Source: Candidatus Komeilibacteria bacterium (GTDB lineage Bacteria; Patescibacteriota; Patescibacteriia; UBA1558). Taken from it: a stretch of DNA of 64,000 nucleotides. The position numbers and the translations under genes are program-made. Positions within the stretch are counted from its first letter, which is position 1, and each line of letters begins with the position of its first letter. Shown in pieces: positions 8,751-18,589 of the stretch. The notes beneath the pieces are model-generated. The model saw only the letters and a program-made list of their open reading frames with translations, did no database searches and was not told the DNA's origin. The stretch spans positions 299,924 through 363,923 of the forward strand of contig JBLYPW010000001.1 in NCBI GenBank assembly GCA_048538275.1, read 5' to 3'.

Positions 8751-11135
8751 ATGAAACGCTGGCTAATTTTATTGTTTAGTACGGTTGTCTGGGCACAAAA
8801 CTGGCAACCAGTGTATGAATTGTTTAATCCCGCCATGGCTGATCATTTTTACACTATGAATCAGACAGAAGTGGAAAATGCTACCAATAATATGGATTAT
8901 ACTAATCACGGTATAATTTATTATTGGTCTTCAGTGCCATTTAGTGGCGGTATACCAATTTATCGCTTATGGCATAGTTATGATCATTTTTATACCACGT
9001 CTGTGGTAGAAAGAGATGCTTGCGTGTCTAATGGTTATACCGATGAAGGCATAGTAGGTTATTTAGCTACAACCAATAGTGGTAATTTATTTGGCTGGCA
9101 TCGTTATTATCATTCTGATTGGGATGACCACGCCTATCCTGTTAGTCAAAATGACCGTGATGTTTTGTTTGCGGCTGGTTATATTGACGAAGGTATACAT
9201 GGTTATGTCTGGATGGAATCAGGTGACACCGGCGGCGGTTCTAATCAGCCACCTGACGCTAGTTGGACTAGTGAATTGTATGATCAGTATAATTATCAGG
9301 AAATCAGTTTTTCTTGGCAAGGTAGTGACGACAGCACGGCCAGTACTGATCTTTGGTATTATGTTGATATGTCCGGTGAAGACGGTTTTGCTTATTGGAC
9401 GCCTAATAATTATATTGCTGCTTGGCCAGGCGTTGGCGAACATACCCTGACTATTACTACCCGTGATCTGAATAATCAGCTGGATCCAAGTCCGTTGACT
9501 CATGATTTTGAGACAGTGGGACATATTCCGATTGCACCAGTCAATGTGGCTGCTGTAGAGACGGACGATGGCGCTGTGCAGTTGACTTGGCAGAGCGATG
9601 ACCAGTGGAATGTTGGTTTTCGTATTTGGCGTGATTATGATCAACAGATTGCTGATTTGGGTAGCAATGCTCGTCAGTATTTGGATAGTGAGGTGGTCCC
9701 GGGTGGCGCTTATCGTTATACTGTCGTGGCTTATAATTATTATGCTCATACATCCAGCGATCCGGTTTATATCACAATCGGTGGTGGTCAAGATGATTAT
9801 CCTTGGGCTGATCGTTTTGATTATCCAGTTGGTTATCCTGATTTTGTTGGTGGTTGGTACGATGCGCAACCATTTGGTTCGGTCTTGGCTGATGCGGCGC
9901 GTTTTCATTCCGGCAATGATTTGAATAAATATGGTGGTGATCTTGGCGAGCCGATTTATGCACCAGCCAATGCTACTATTGTTTATAAAACCAATAGTGC
10001 TAATGGGTGGGGCAAGGCATTAGTTTTGTCTAGCCAAGCAGACAATGATCACTCTTTTCGTTGGCCGGATGGACATCGTAGTCGCCAGGTTTACTTTTTG
10101 TTGGCGCATTTACAGGATATTGTTGTTTATGGCGATGATCAGACTTTCACTTATGACGATATTGTGGTCGGCAGCACCACAGTACAGCGCGGTTGGCAGG
10201 TAGCTACAGTGGGTAGTCCACCGAGCAGTAATAGTCCTCATTTACATTTGGAATGTTGGTCTGAGTGGGATAGTGATAACCCTTTAGGTTTTGGTTATTA
10301 TAATGTTTTGCCTACTGAAAAGTATGACGCCATGGAGTTTATTGCCAATAATCGCCGTTTGGATAATAGTTATTATATTTGGTCTCATCCTTACAACCGA
10401 GTGTCTGATTATAATAATTGGTTCACTACTTTGTCGGATGGATGGCAGATGATAACTGGGTATGATTATGATCCTGATGTGCCGATTGGATATAGTAATT
10501 ACTTTTTGGCAGCCCCAGCTGATCAAGCAGTGAGCGCTATGTGGCAGTGGTATGTTCCAGAAGATGGTGATTATAACTTATCAGTTTTTATTCCCAGCCA
10601 ATTTTATACTGGTAGTGGCCAATATCAGTTGCAGATCTATGGTCAAGATAATCAGTTTTTCACAGTTAATGGCGGTAGCTATAGCAATCAGTGGGTGCAA
10701 ATTGGTGATTTCTCTTTGTCCAGTGATGGCCCCACTCGTTTATTACTGAGTGGCGGCGATGGTAATGCTAATGAGTGGTTGGCAGCTGACGCTATTCGTT
10801 TGTATCGGCAAGTGGATACTGGCGGCTATACTAATATTGATGAGGAGCGGGCAAGGACTCTAAGCTCTGGTTTACAAGTTTATCCCAATCCTTTTAATAA
10901 TACGGTTACAATAAATTTTATTGTGGCTCAAGCTGGTTTGGTTGGCTTGGACATTTATAATTTATTGGGACAATTAGTATATAGTTGGCCAGATGAATAT
11001 TTGTCAGTTGGTCAATATAGCTATCAATGGCAAGCTCAAAATCAGATTGGGCAAAGCTTGCCCAGCGGTATTTATTTGTTATTACAACAAGATACGCAAG
11101 GTAAGCACATTGTCAAATTGCATTATTTGCGTTAA
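8751..11135 (+). CDS. Secreted multidomain M23 (LytM-type) metallopeptidase with N-terminal HFYT..E..GY.EGI.GY repeats, FN3 domain and T9SS type-A-like C-terminal sorting domain
   Basis: Signal peptide MKRWLILLFSTVVWAQ; M23 motifs HSGND and PHLHLE; FN3-like segment (LTWQ...YRYTVVAYN); C-terminus VYPNPFNNTVTINF...IYNLLGQLV...SGIYLL...K matches Por-secretion CTD pattern; RBS aaaggagg. Confidence 0.75.
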   Translation: MKRWLILLFSTVVWAQNWQPVYELFNPAMADHFYTMNQTEVENATNNMDYTNHGIIYYWSSVPFSGGIPIYRLWHSYDHFYTTSVVERDACVSNGYTDEGIVGYLATTNSGNLFGWHRYYHSDWDDHAYPVSQNDRDVLFAAGYIDEGIHGYVWMESGDTGGGSNQPPDASWTSELYDQYNYQEISFSWQGSDDSTASTDLWYYVDMSGEDGFAYWTPNNYIAAWPGVGEHTLTITTRDLNNQLDPSPLTHDFETVGHIPIAPVNVAAVETDDGAVQLTWQSDDQWNVGFRIWRDYDQQIADLGSNARQYLDSEVVPGGAYRYTVVAYNYYAHTSSDPVYITIGGGQDDYPWADRFDYPVGYPDFVGGWYDAQPFGSVLADAARFHSGNDLNKYGGDLGEPIYAPANATIVYKTNSANGWGKALVLSSQADNDHSFRWPDGHRSRQVYFLLAHLQDIVVYGDDQTFTYDDIVVGSTTVQRGWQVATVGSPPSSNSPHLHLECWSEWDSDNPLGFGYYNVLPTEKYDAMEFIANNRRLDNSYYIWSHPYNRVSDYNNWFTTLSDGWQMITGYDYDPDVPIGYSNYFLAAPADQAVSAMWQWYVPEDGDYNLSVFIPSQFYTGSGQYQLQIYGQDNQFFTVNGGSYSNQWVQIGDFSLSSDGPTRLLLSGGDGNANEWLAADAIRLYRQVDTGGYTNIDEERARTLSSGLQVYPNPFNNTVTINFIVAQAGLVGLDIYNLLGQLVYSWPDEYLSVGQYSYQWQAQNQIGQSLPSGIYLLLQQDTQGKHIVKLHYLR

Positions 11136-11143
11136 AAACAAAG

Positions 11144-11187
11144 CCCGCCCCGTCAGCTGAAGCTGACGGGGCGGATTTCTTTTTTTA
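11144..11187 (+). terminator. Strong rho-independent terminator
   Basis: 14-bp GC-rich stem cccgccccgtcagc/gctgacggggcgg followed by T-run. Confidence 0.7.
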
Positions 11188-11192
11188 TAATT

Positions 11193-12275
11193 TTGTTATA
11201 TAATATAAACATGTCAACAGAACCAAAAGACAAAACATTGGTTATAGAAACCATAACTTGGTGGAAAAAAATATCTCGCCCTTTTAGTTTATCCGGAGAG
11301 CGTCAAGAAATTGTTGAACGCAACATTCGTGAAGAAGCTAAGGGGGATTTTGATTTTTTTACTTTATCTATATTGTCCGCCATTATTGTCACTCTGGGTT
11401 TGATTATTAATAGTGCAGCGGTCATTATTGGTGGTATGTTAATTGCACCATTGTTTTGGCCAATTTTGGCTTTATCACTCGGTATAGTTAAGGGGAGTGT
11501 GCGTTTATTAGAAACTTCTTTTTTTACTTTGGCTAAAGTAGCTGTTGTGATTTTATTGATCTCTTTTTTGATTGGTTGGTTGGCGCCAATTACTCAGTGG
11601 GATACAGAAATAATCAGCCGCACCCAGCCCACTCTTTTTGAATTAATAATTGCTTTAGTAGCGGGCTTTGCTGGTGCTTTTATTATTTCCTATCCAAAGT
11701 TAGAACAGGCAATTGCCGGCGTGGTAATTGCCGCAGCTTTGGTGCCACCTATTTGTGTATTGGGATTATCTTTGGCAGAGCAGAATTTAAATGCAGCCGG
11801 CGGTAGCATGTTATTGTTTATTGCTAACTTGATTGCAGTGACAGTGGCAGCTTCTATATATTTTCTTTTAGCACATTTTAAAACTTTGCAATATAGTGTG
11901 AGTAAGGAAAGACAAAGGCATAATTTGTTATGGTCAGCAGCTATTTTATTAATAATTTTTATTCCTTTATTGATTATTACCGGCAATACTATTCAAGATT
12001 ATCAACGTACATCGAAAGTAAAAAAAATAATGACTATGCAATTGCCCAATAGTGAGTTAGTAGATATGAACATCAGTCAAGTTGACAATGTTTATTATAT
12101 AAATACTACCATACGCTCTGCTCAAAATATTAGTCAGTATCGGATGGATTTGATAACCGATGCTTTGACCAAAGCTTTGGATTCGTCTGTACGTTTGCAA
12201 GTTTCTATTATCCCGGTATTACAGGGGGGTAAGGAAATAGATAATGGCAATACAAATTTCTTGCCCAATACATAG
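11193..12275 (+). CDS. DUF389-family integral membrane protein
   Basis: Repeated hydrophobic domain with GG.LIAPLF.PI and AGVVIAAALVPP motifs characteristic of DUF389/TIGR00341 proteins. Confidence 0.55.
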   Translation: MLYNINMSTEPKDKTLVIETITWWKKISRPFSLSGERQEIVERNIREEAKGDFDFFTLSILSAIIVTLGLIINSAAVIIGGMLIAPLFWPILALSLGIVKGSVRLLETSFFTLAKVAVVILLISFLIGWLAPITQWDTEIISRTQPTLFELIIALVAGFAGAFIISYPKLEQAIAGVVIAAALVPPICVLGLSLAEQNLNAAGGSMLLFIANLIAVTVAASIYFLLAHFKTLQYSVSKERQRHNLLWSAAILLIIFIPLLIITGNTIQDYQRTSKVKKIMTMQLPNSELVDMNISQVDNVYYINTTIRSAQNISQYRMDLITDALTKALDSSVRLQVSIIPVLQGGKEIDNGNTNFLPNT

Positions 12276-12475
12276 GCGAGTATTTTTTATAATAGTTTAT
12301 TCTTTGAGCACTTTATAAAAAGTGTTTTTTTTATAATTTAGCTAGACAAGGTGTTTTAGGGCACTATTTGATAGCTGTGATGAGCTATACTTGACAATAT
12401 TTGTATTGGGCGTTAAAGTGCTCTATTAACTATGAGCCGTCGCAATAGTAAGCGCCGTCTCTAATAATAGAGTAA

Positions 12476-13402
12476 ATGATAGCCAATAAACGCTATAAAG
12501 TATTATTTTTAGTCGTAGGTACGCCAAAATGGCAAGAGGCGGCTATTTTACCGACCAAACTTCCAGAGATTGAATTATTGGCTGATGTTACAACGCATTT
12601 TCTTCCGTCCATAACCGCATCAGCTAAACAAATTGAACAGTGGCGCGCAGTGAATCACTATTTGGCGGATAAATATGATGAGTTTGATGGCTTTGTTATT
12701 ATGCAAGAGCCGGATAGCTTGATTTATGGTGCGGTCGCCAGCGCCACCGCTTGGTTAAAAAATCGTAAGCCTATTATATATACCACCGCTCCGTGGCAGG
12801 ATGGTGATTTTGTTTTTGATGATAATTTATTTTCATTGGGTTGGCGAGCTAATATCATCAATGCTTTGCAAATGGTAGCCAAACAAGTACCGCTGGTTAT
12901 GATTTTGTATGGACAAAAAGTGATGGAAGCAACTTTGGCGCGCAAAGTTAATTTGTCCCAATTAAATGCATTTGTGAGTCGCAATAATAAGTATATTGCG
13001 CACCTTGATTGGGGATTGGAATTATCTAATAATATACCAATTATTGCTCAGGGAAAGAAAATTGCTAATCAGTGGTCAAATGAATTTTTGGTTATTTATT
13101 TACACCCGGGTTTTAATTGGAACAATTTTTCCCATGCTTGGAAGAAAGCGAGGGCGGTTATTATCAAAAGCAATAGGCAAACCGGTTTAACTGAGACTGA
13201 TAGAAAACAGCTGGCCAAATATTTCAACGATAAGCCAGTGATTATCTATAATCGTTTGGGTTTTATGATAGAAAATTCTTTACCGACCAATTTTGTGCTA
13301 GTGGATAATATGACTTGGGAAGAAACAATAGTGCGCACCAGCTGGGCATTAGCTCAGACTGATAATATTAGCAAATTTATAAAATTATTAACACGGTCAT
13401 GA
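12476..13402 (+). CDS. L-asparaginase-fold protein with degenerate catalytic motifs (possible pseudoenzyme)
   Basis: Layout matches asparaginase signatures but TGGT is replaced by VGTP and HGTDT by QEPDS (FDGFVIMQEPDSLIYGA...KPIIYTTAP...DG..N). Confidence 0.4.
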   Translation: MIANKRYKVLFLVVGTPKWQEAAILPTKLPEIELLADVTTHFLPSITASAKQIEQWRAVNHYLADKYDEFDGFVIMQEPDSLIYGAVASATAWLKNRKPIIYTTAPWQDGDFVFDDNLFSLGWRANIINALQMVAKQVPLVMILYGQKVMEATLARKVNLSQLNAFVSRNNKYIAHLDWGLELSNNIPIIAQGKKIANQWSNEFLVIYLHPGFNWNNFSHAWKKARAVIIKSNRQTGLTETDRKQLAKYFNDKPVIIYNRLGFMIENSLPTNFVLVDNMTWEETIVRTSWALAQTDNISKFIKLLTRS

Positions 13403-13956
13403 AATTATTTGTCTGTACCAATGGGAAAAATCATAATTTTATATCCGTTCCTAAACTATTGGAAGAAGCGGGCGTGATTGTGTTCTCCAATCAAACAGCG
13501 AAACCGAGCGGTGATCAGTTATCCTTCCAACAGCTAGATGGTTTGGTTATAGATGGCGCAAGTGATAATAATGAAGCCGGCTATATCAGCGCCTTGGCTA
13601 TTTCACAAAAAAGACCAATTTTGTATCTTTTACCAAAAGGCGCCATTTTGCCAACCGAGCTGGATTATCTGCGTAACAACAAAGAGGTGGCTAAATATTT
13701 ATTGGTGAAGTTTTATGATCAAAATAATTTATCTCAAAGGTTATCTGAATTTATTGATAGTTTGGAGCATGGCAAAGGTGATTGGGATAGCCCAACTATT
13801 AAATTTACTTGGCGGATTACTCCGCGCATTGAACGCTATCTACGTTGGCGTACCAATAATACTGGTAAAAGTAAGGCAGATTGGTTACGCGCTTATATTG
13901 AAGATGAACTTATTCAAAAAGATCAAGAATATAAAGATTTTCTCGGTAGTCTTTGA
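13399..13956 (+). CDS. Hypothetical protein co-transcribed with asparaginase-like gene (4-bp ATGA overlap)
   Basis: 185-aa ORF; Rossmann-like N-terminal pattern (LDGLVIDGASDNNEAGYISALAIS..RPILYLL), basic C-terminal region. Confidence 0.4.
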   Translation: MKLFVCTNGKNHNFISVPKLLEEAGVIVFSNQTAKPSGDQLSFQQLDGLVIDGASDNNEAGYISALAISQKRPILYLLPKGAILPTELDYLRNNKEVAKYLLVKFYDQNNLSQRLSEFIDSLEHGKGDWDSPTIKFTWRITPRIERYLRWRTNNTGKSKADWLRAYIEDELIQKDQEYKDFLGSL

Positions 13957-14167
13957 AGCGATATGAATGATATTAAAACTTTGTATAAATTATACGTCTG
14001 TTCTCCTTCCCATGGCCATGCTGGAGCAAACTTAAAAACTTATGAACTCAGAACCAATCAATTAAATTTACTATATTTGCGTTTATAAGTAATTTATACA
14101 GGCCTTGGTGGCTGGGCTTTTTTTTGTTATAATAATAGTGTAAATTTGATTATCAAATTCAATCATT

Positions 14168-14620
14168 ATGACAGAATTGTATAATTATAAGCAATCAGCC
14201 AGCCAACTGATGATTACCGCCTTTGTGGTCGGTTTTTTTGCTTTTGCTTATGCTGGATGGCAAGCTGTGGAAGCAGATAGATTATGGTATTGGCTAGGGG
14301 CCATTATTTTCATTTTTATTGGTTGGCAATTTTCTAGTCTGCGTATAGTTTTGACGCCAGAATATTTACGTTTTGGTTTTGGTTGGATGCGGCAGACAAT
14401 CAAGGTAGAGGATTTGATGTCTGTGGAAATCAGTCAATTTAAGTGGGGTAATTATTGGGGATTGGGCATTCGTCGTGGCCGTGACCGAACTTGGGGTTAT
14501 GTAGCAACTACCGGACCGGGACTATTATTAAAAACTACTAAGCATAAATTTTTTATCAGCTTGGACAATCCTGAACAATTAGCCGATTTGCTTAAAAATA
14601 GTTTTATTAAAAGTAAATGA
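14168..14620 (+). CDS. Membrane protein (two N-terminal TM helices; possible bacterial PH-like domain)
   Basis: 150-aa ORF, hydrophobic N-terminus; overlaps pgk start by 4 bp. Confidence 0.4.
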   Translation: MTELYNYKQSASQLMITAFVVGFFAFAYAGWQAVEADRLWYWLGAIIFIFIGWQFSSLRIVLTPEYLRFGFGWMRQTIKVEDLMSVEISQFKWGNYWGLGIRRGRDRTWGYVATTGPGLLLKTTKHKFFISLDNPEQLADLLKNSFIKSK

Positions 14621-15729
14621 AATCGGTCAAACAACTTTCTAAATTAAAAGGTAAAACCGTTTTGGTACGGGTAGATTTTAATGTAACTGTGTCGGCTGGT
14701 AAGGTGGTAGATGATTTTAAGATGCAAGCGGCTTTGCCTACTATTCAATATTTGCGACGACAAGGAGCGCGCGTAATTTTAGTATCTCATTTTGGTCGGC
14801 CGCTGGGTAAAGATAATAAATTTAGCCTCCGGCCAATAGCTCGGCATTTGAGCCAACTATTGCAGACAAAGGTTGAGTTTACAGTTGATTATAAAAAAGT
14901 ATCTGATAGTAAGGCCCAGTTGATACTGCTAGAAAACATTCGCTTTGATAAGCGTGAGCAGGCCGGTAGCAAAGCGTTGGCTAAAGAGTTGGCTGATTTA
15001 GCCGATGTTTATGTAAATGAAGCCTTTGCTGTTAGTCACAGAAAAGACACTTCGGTTTATTATTTACCCAATTATTTACCCAGCTATGCGGGTTTGAGAT
15101 TATTGCAAGAAGTGCATGAATTATCCACTTGGCACAAACCTAGCCCCGGTAGTGTGGCGGTGTTAGGCGGAGCTAAAATTTCTACCAAGCTAAAACTGGT
15201 TAAAGTCTTGGCTAAAAAAATGGACTATGTGTTGTTGGGTGGAGGCTTGGCTAATAATTATTTACAGGCGATAGATTTACCTATCGGTCAGTCGTTGGTT
15301 GAGCCAGGTATGAAAACAGCCGTTCGTAAGGATTTGGGTGCTAATATATTGGGGCCGATAGATGTGGTAGTACAGACGGACAAAGGCAAAAGAGTGATTA
15401 AGCCGGCTGCGGATGTGCAAAAGACAGACAAAATTTATGATATTGGACCGATTAGTATTGATATTTATAAGGACATTATTAAGCAGGCCAAACAAGTTTT
15501 ATGGAATGGTCCGATGGGTTTATTTGAGATAAAAGGTTTCCAATCCGGTACCTATGAGATTGCTATGGCGGTGGCTAATAGTAAACGATCCTTAGCCGGT
15601 GGGGGAGAAACAGTAACAGCTATTAATAATTTGCAATTAGCTAGTTATTATACTTTTATTTCCACTGGGGGCGGCGCTATGCTAAAATACTTAGAAGTTG
15701 GCAGTTTGCCGGCATTAGCAAAGTTATAA
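14617..15729 (+). CDS. pgk: Phosphoglycerate kinase
   Basis: VRVDFNV and SHFGRP motifs, full-length PGK. Confidence 0.9.
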   Translation: MKSVKQLSKLKGKTVLVRVDFNVTVSAGKVVDDFKMQAALPTIQYLRRQGARVILVSHFGRPLGKDNKFSLRPIARHLSQLLQTKVEFTVDYKKVSDSKAQLILLENIRFDKREQAGSKALAKELADLADVYVNEAFAVSHRKDTSVYYLPNYLPSYAGLRLLQEVHELSTWHKPSPGSVAVLGGAKISTKLKLVKVLAKKMDYVLLGGGLANNYLQAIDLPIGQSLVEPGMKTAVRKDLGANILGPIDVVVQTDKGKRVIKPAADVQKTDKIYDIGPISIDIYKDIIKQAKQVLWNGPMGLFEIKGFQSGTYEIAMAVANSKRSLAGGGETVTAINNLQLASYYTFISTGGGAMLKYLEVGSLPALAKL

Positions 15730-15756
15730 TTATGTTAATTATTTTATAAAAAAAAT

Positions 15757-17037
15757 ATGAAAGGCGATAAAATTGATAAAATTTATGCGCACGAAATTTT
15801 AGATTCGCGTGGTCATCCAACCGTGCAGGTGACTGTAACCTTGGATAATGGCATGTCCGCCAAGGCAGCGGTGCCTTCTGGCGCTTCTACTGGCGTACAC
15901 GAGGCTTTAGAACTGAGAGATAATGACCAGAGTCGTTTTCGTGGTAAAGGCGTATTACAAGCGGTACAGAATGTCAATACTATAATCAATGATTTATTGC
16001 ACGGCCATGAGATTGGGGATATAGAGGGTGTAGATAAAAAAATGATAGAAGCTGATGGTACTGAGAATAAAAGTAAATTGGGTGCTAATGCAATTTTGGG
16101 AGTTTCATTGGCGGTGGCTCGAGTAGGTGCTATTGCCTCTGGTTTGCCTTTGTACCAATATATTCGTGAAGTTTATAATTTGCAATATGATGGTTGGCGA
16201 TTGCCCACGCCTTTAGTAAACATTATCAATGGTGGTAAACATGCTGATAGTAATTTAGATTGGCAAGAGTTTTGGATAATACCGTCGGGCATCAAAAAAT
16301 ATCCTTTGGCTTTACGGGCGTGTTCAGAAATTTTTCATGCTTTAGGAAGCGAGTTAACCAAAAAAGGTTATGATACGGATTTTGGTGCTGAGGGTGGCTA
16401 TGCTCCTGATGTCAAAGATACTGCCGAAGTTTGGGATATGATTATAGCGGCTATAGCACAAGCCAACTATCAAATTGGTCAGGACATCTATTTGGGTATG
16501 GATGCGGGCGCTTCTACTTTTTATAATACCGGCACCGAGCGTTATCAACTGGATTTGGAAAATAAGTCTTTTACCGCTTCAGAATTGATTGAATATTATC
16601 ATACATGGTTGAATAAATATCCTATTTTAGCTTTGGAAGATGGTTTGGCGGAAGATGATTGGGTTGCTTGGCAAACCATGACGGCAGATAAAGAATTTGT
16701 TGATAAAAAAGTAATCCTGATCGGCGATGATTTGTTTACTACCAATACCAAACGCTTGCAACGTGGCATTGATGAGCATGTAGCTAATTCAATTTTGGTA
16801 AAGCCCAATCAAATTGGCACTTTGACGGAAACAATCGCGGCGGTAAAACTGGCACAAGCAAATAATTATCAAGTGGTTATTTCACATCGTAGTGGTGAAA
16901 CAACAGATGATTTTATCGCTGATTTGACAGTAGCTGTCAATGCTCCTTTTATTAAAACTGGTGCTACTTCTCGGGGCGAGCGGATAGTAAAATATAATAG
17001 ATTATTAGAAATAGCGGAGGAAGTAAATCATGAATAA
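15757..17037 (+). CDS. eno: Enolase
   Basis: Conserved enolase N-terminus (ILDSRGHPTV) and C-terminal SHRSGETTD motif. Confidence 0.9.
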   Translation: MKGDKIDKIYAHEILDSRGHPTVQVTVTLDNGMSAKAAVPSGASTGVHEALELRDNDQSRFRGKGVLQAVQNVNTIINDLLHGHEIGDIEGVDKKMIEADGTENKSKLGANAILGVSLAVARVGAIASGLPLYQYIREVYNLQYDGWRLPTPLVNIINGGKHADSNLDWQEFWIIPSGIKKYPLALRACSEIFHALGSELTKKGYDTDFGAEGGYAPDVKDTAEVWDMIIAAIAQANYQIGQDIYLGMDAGASTFYNTGTERYQLDLENKSFTASELIEYYHTWLNKYPILALEDGLAEDDWVAWQTMTADKEFVDKKVILIGDDLFTTNTKRLQRGIDEHVANSILVKPNQIGTLTETIAAVKLAQANNYQVVISHRSGETTDDFIADLTVAVNAPFIKTGATSRGERIVKYNRLLEIAEEVNHE

Positions 17038-18583
17038 TAAACGATCAAATACGCCATTATTATTAGCCATTCTAGATGGCTGGGGAATTGGTAAACCTAG
17101 CCGCGGCAATGCTATTACTTTAGGCAAAACCCCTAATTATGATAAATGGTGGCGTCATTATAGCCATACCAAGTTATTTACTTCTGGCCAATATGTTGGT
17201 TTGCCACGGGCGCAATTTGGCAATTCAGAAGCGGGGCATTTGAATTTGGGCGCGGGCCGGGTAGTTAAACAGGATTCAGTGCGGATCAGTGATGCAATTA
17301 AAGATGGGCGATTTGCCAAAAATCCCGCTTTTTTGACTGGCCTCCAACACTTACAAAAATATAAAGGTAGAGCTCATGTTATGGGTTTATTATCCGGTAG
17401 CGAGTCGGCTCATGCCGAACGAGGACATTTGTTGGCGGTATTGCAATTGTTAGCCGATCACAAGATTCGGGAGGTTTATTTACATTTATTTACTGATGGT
17501 CGTGATGCGCCTCAACATGATGCTATTAAATTTGTGCGAGAAGTACAAAAAGGTTTTTGTAATGGTGAGCGGATTGTATCCATTGTGGGACGTTATTATG
17601 CCATGGATCGCAATAAACGTTGGGGTAATACTGAGCGAGCATATGAATTATTAACACGTGGTAAAGGATATTGGGCACCTAATCCAGAAGAGGCTATTAT
17701 GCAGGCTTATAATCGCAAAGAGACAGATGAGTTTATAGAGCCGACTAGTATTCGTCCTAAAGAATCAGATAAGCCGATAGTGATTAAAGATAATGATATA
17801 ATTATATTTTATAATTTACGTTCAGATAGAGCACGGCAATTAGCTAAAACATTTGTACAGTCTGATTTTAATAAAAGTAATCTTGGATCTTTTATTCGCA
17901 AGCCGGTATTATCCAATATTAAATTTATTGCCATGACAGATTTTGGTCCAGATTTGGATGAGATTATTACTGCTTTTCCCAGTGAAGATCTCAAAGAAAC
18001 TTTGCCGATGATGCTAAAAGATTTAAGACAGCTGTATATTGCTGAAAGTGAAAAATTTGCCCATGTCACTTATTTTTTTAATGGCGGTTATGCTAATCCG
18101 GTTAATAATGAAAAACGCAGTTTAATTCCATCACCTCATTTGAAGTCTTATGCTGACAAACCAGCCATGTCTATAAATCATTTGGCAGACACTTTATTGT
18201 CTAATATTAAAGAAGATAAGTTTGATTTTTATTGTGTTAATTTTGCTAATCCAGATATGATTGGTCATACCGGTGATTTGGAAGCGGCTATACAAGCCGT
18301 AGAAGTGGTAGATGAAGTTATCGGCAAGATACAGTCAGCTTTGGCGGCTGTGGGAGGTACCATGATTATTACCGCTGACCATGGCAATATTGAAGCCATG
18401 ATTGATTTGAAAACAGGCGAAGTAAATACCGAGCACACAGACAATCCCGTTCCTTTCATTATTATCAATGAACATAAATATCGTTTGCGACGAGGAGGTA
18501 GTCTCGCCAATGTCGCGCCGACTATTTTAGATTTATTGGATTTACCCAAGAGCAAGCTGATGACTAAGTCTTTGTTAAAATAA
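17030..18583 (+). CDS. gpmI: 2,3-bisphosphoglycerate-independent phosphoglycerate mutase (copy 1)
   Basis: LAILDGWG, catalytic Ser context FGNSEAGHLNLGAGR, TDGRD, TADHGN motifs. Confidence 0.85.
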   Translation: MNNKRSNTPLLLAILDGWGIGKPSRGNAITLGKTPNYDKWWRHYSHTKLFTSGQYVGLPRAQFGNSEAGHLNLGAGRVVKQDSVRISDAIKDGRFAKNPAFLTGLQHLQKYKGRAHVMGLLSGSESAHAERGHLLAVLQLLADHKIREVYLHLFTDGRDAPQHDAIKFVREVQKGFCNGERIVSIVGRYYAMDRNKRWGNTERAYELLTRGKGYWAPNPEEAIMQAYNRKETDEFIEPTSIRPKESDKPIVIKDNDIIIFYNLRSDRARQLAKTFVQSDFNKSNLGSFIRKPVLSNIKFIAMTDFGPDLDEIITAFPSEDLKETLPMMLKDLRQLYIAESEKFAHVTYFFNGGYANPVNNEKRSLIPSPHLKSYADKPAMSINHLADTLLSNIKEDKFDFYCVNFANPDMIGHTGDLEAAIQAVEVVDEVIGKIQSALAAVGGTMIITADHGNIEAMIDLKTGEVNTEHTDNPVPFIIINEHKYRLRRGGSLANVAPTILDLLDLPKSKLMTKSLLK

Positions 18584-18589
18584 ATTTTT

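Noticed and set aside
9079-9963. Several 60-229-aa ORFs on both strands inside the M23 peptidase gene
   Set aside because: Shadow ORFs in alternative frames of a long well-supported CDS; Ile/Leu-rich translations typical of out-of-frame AT-rich sequence.
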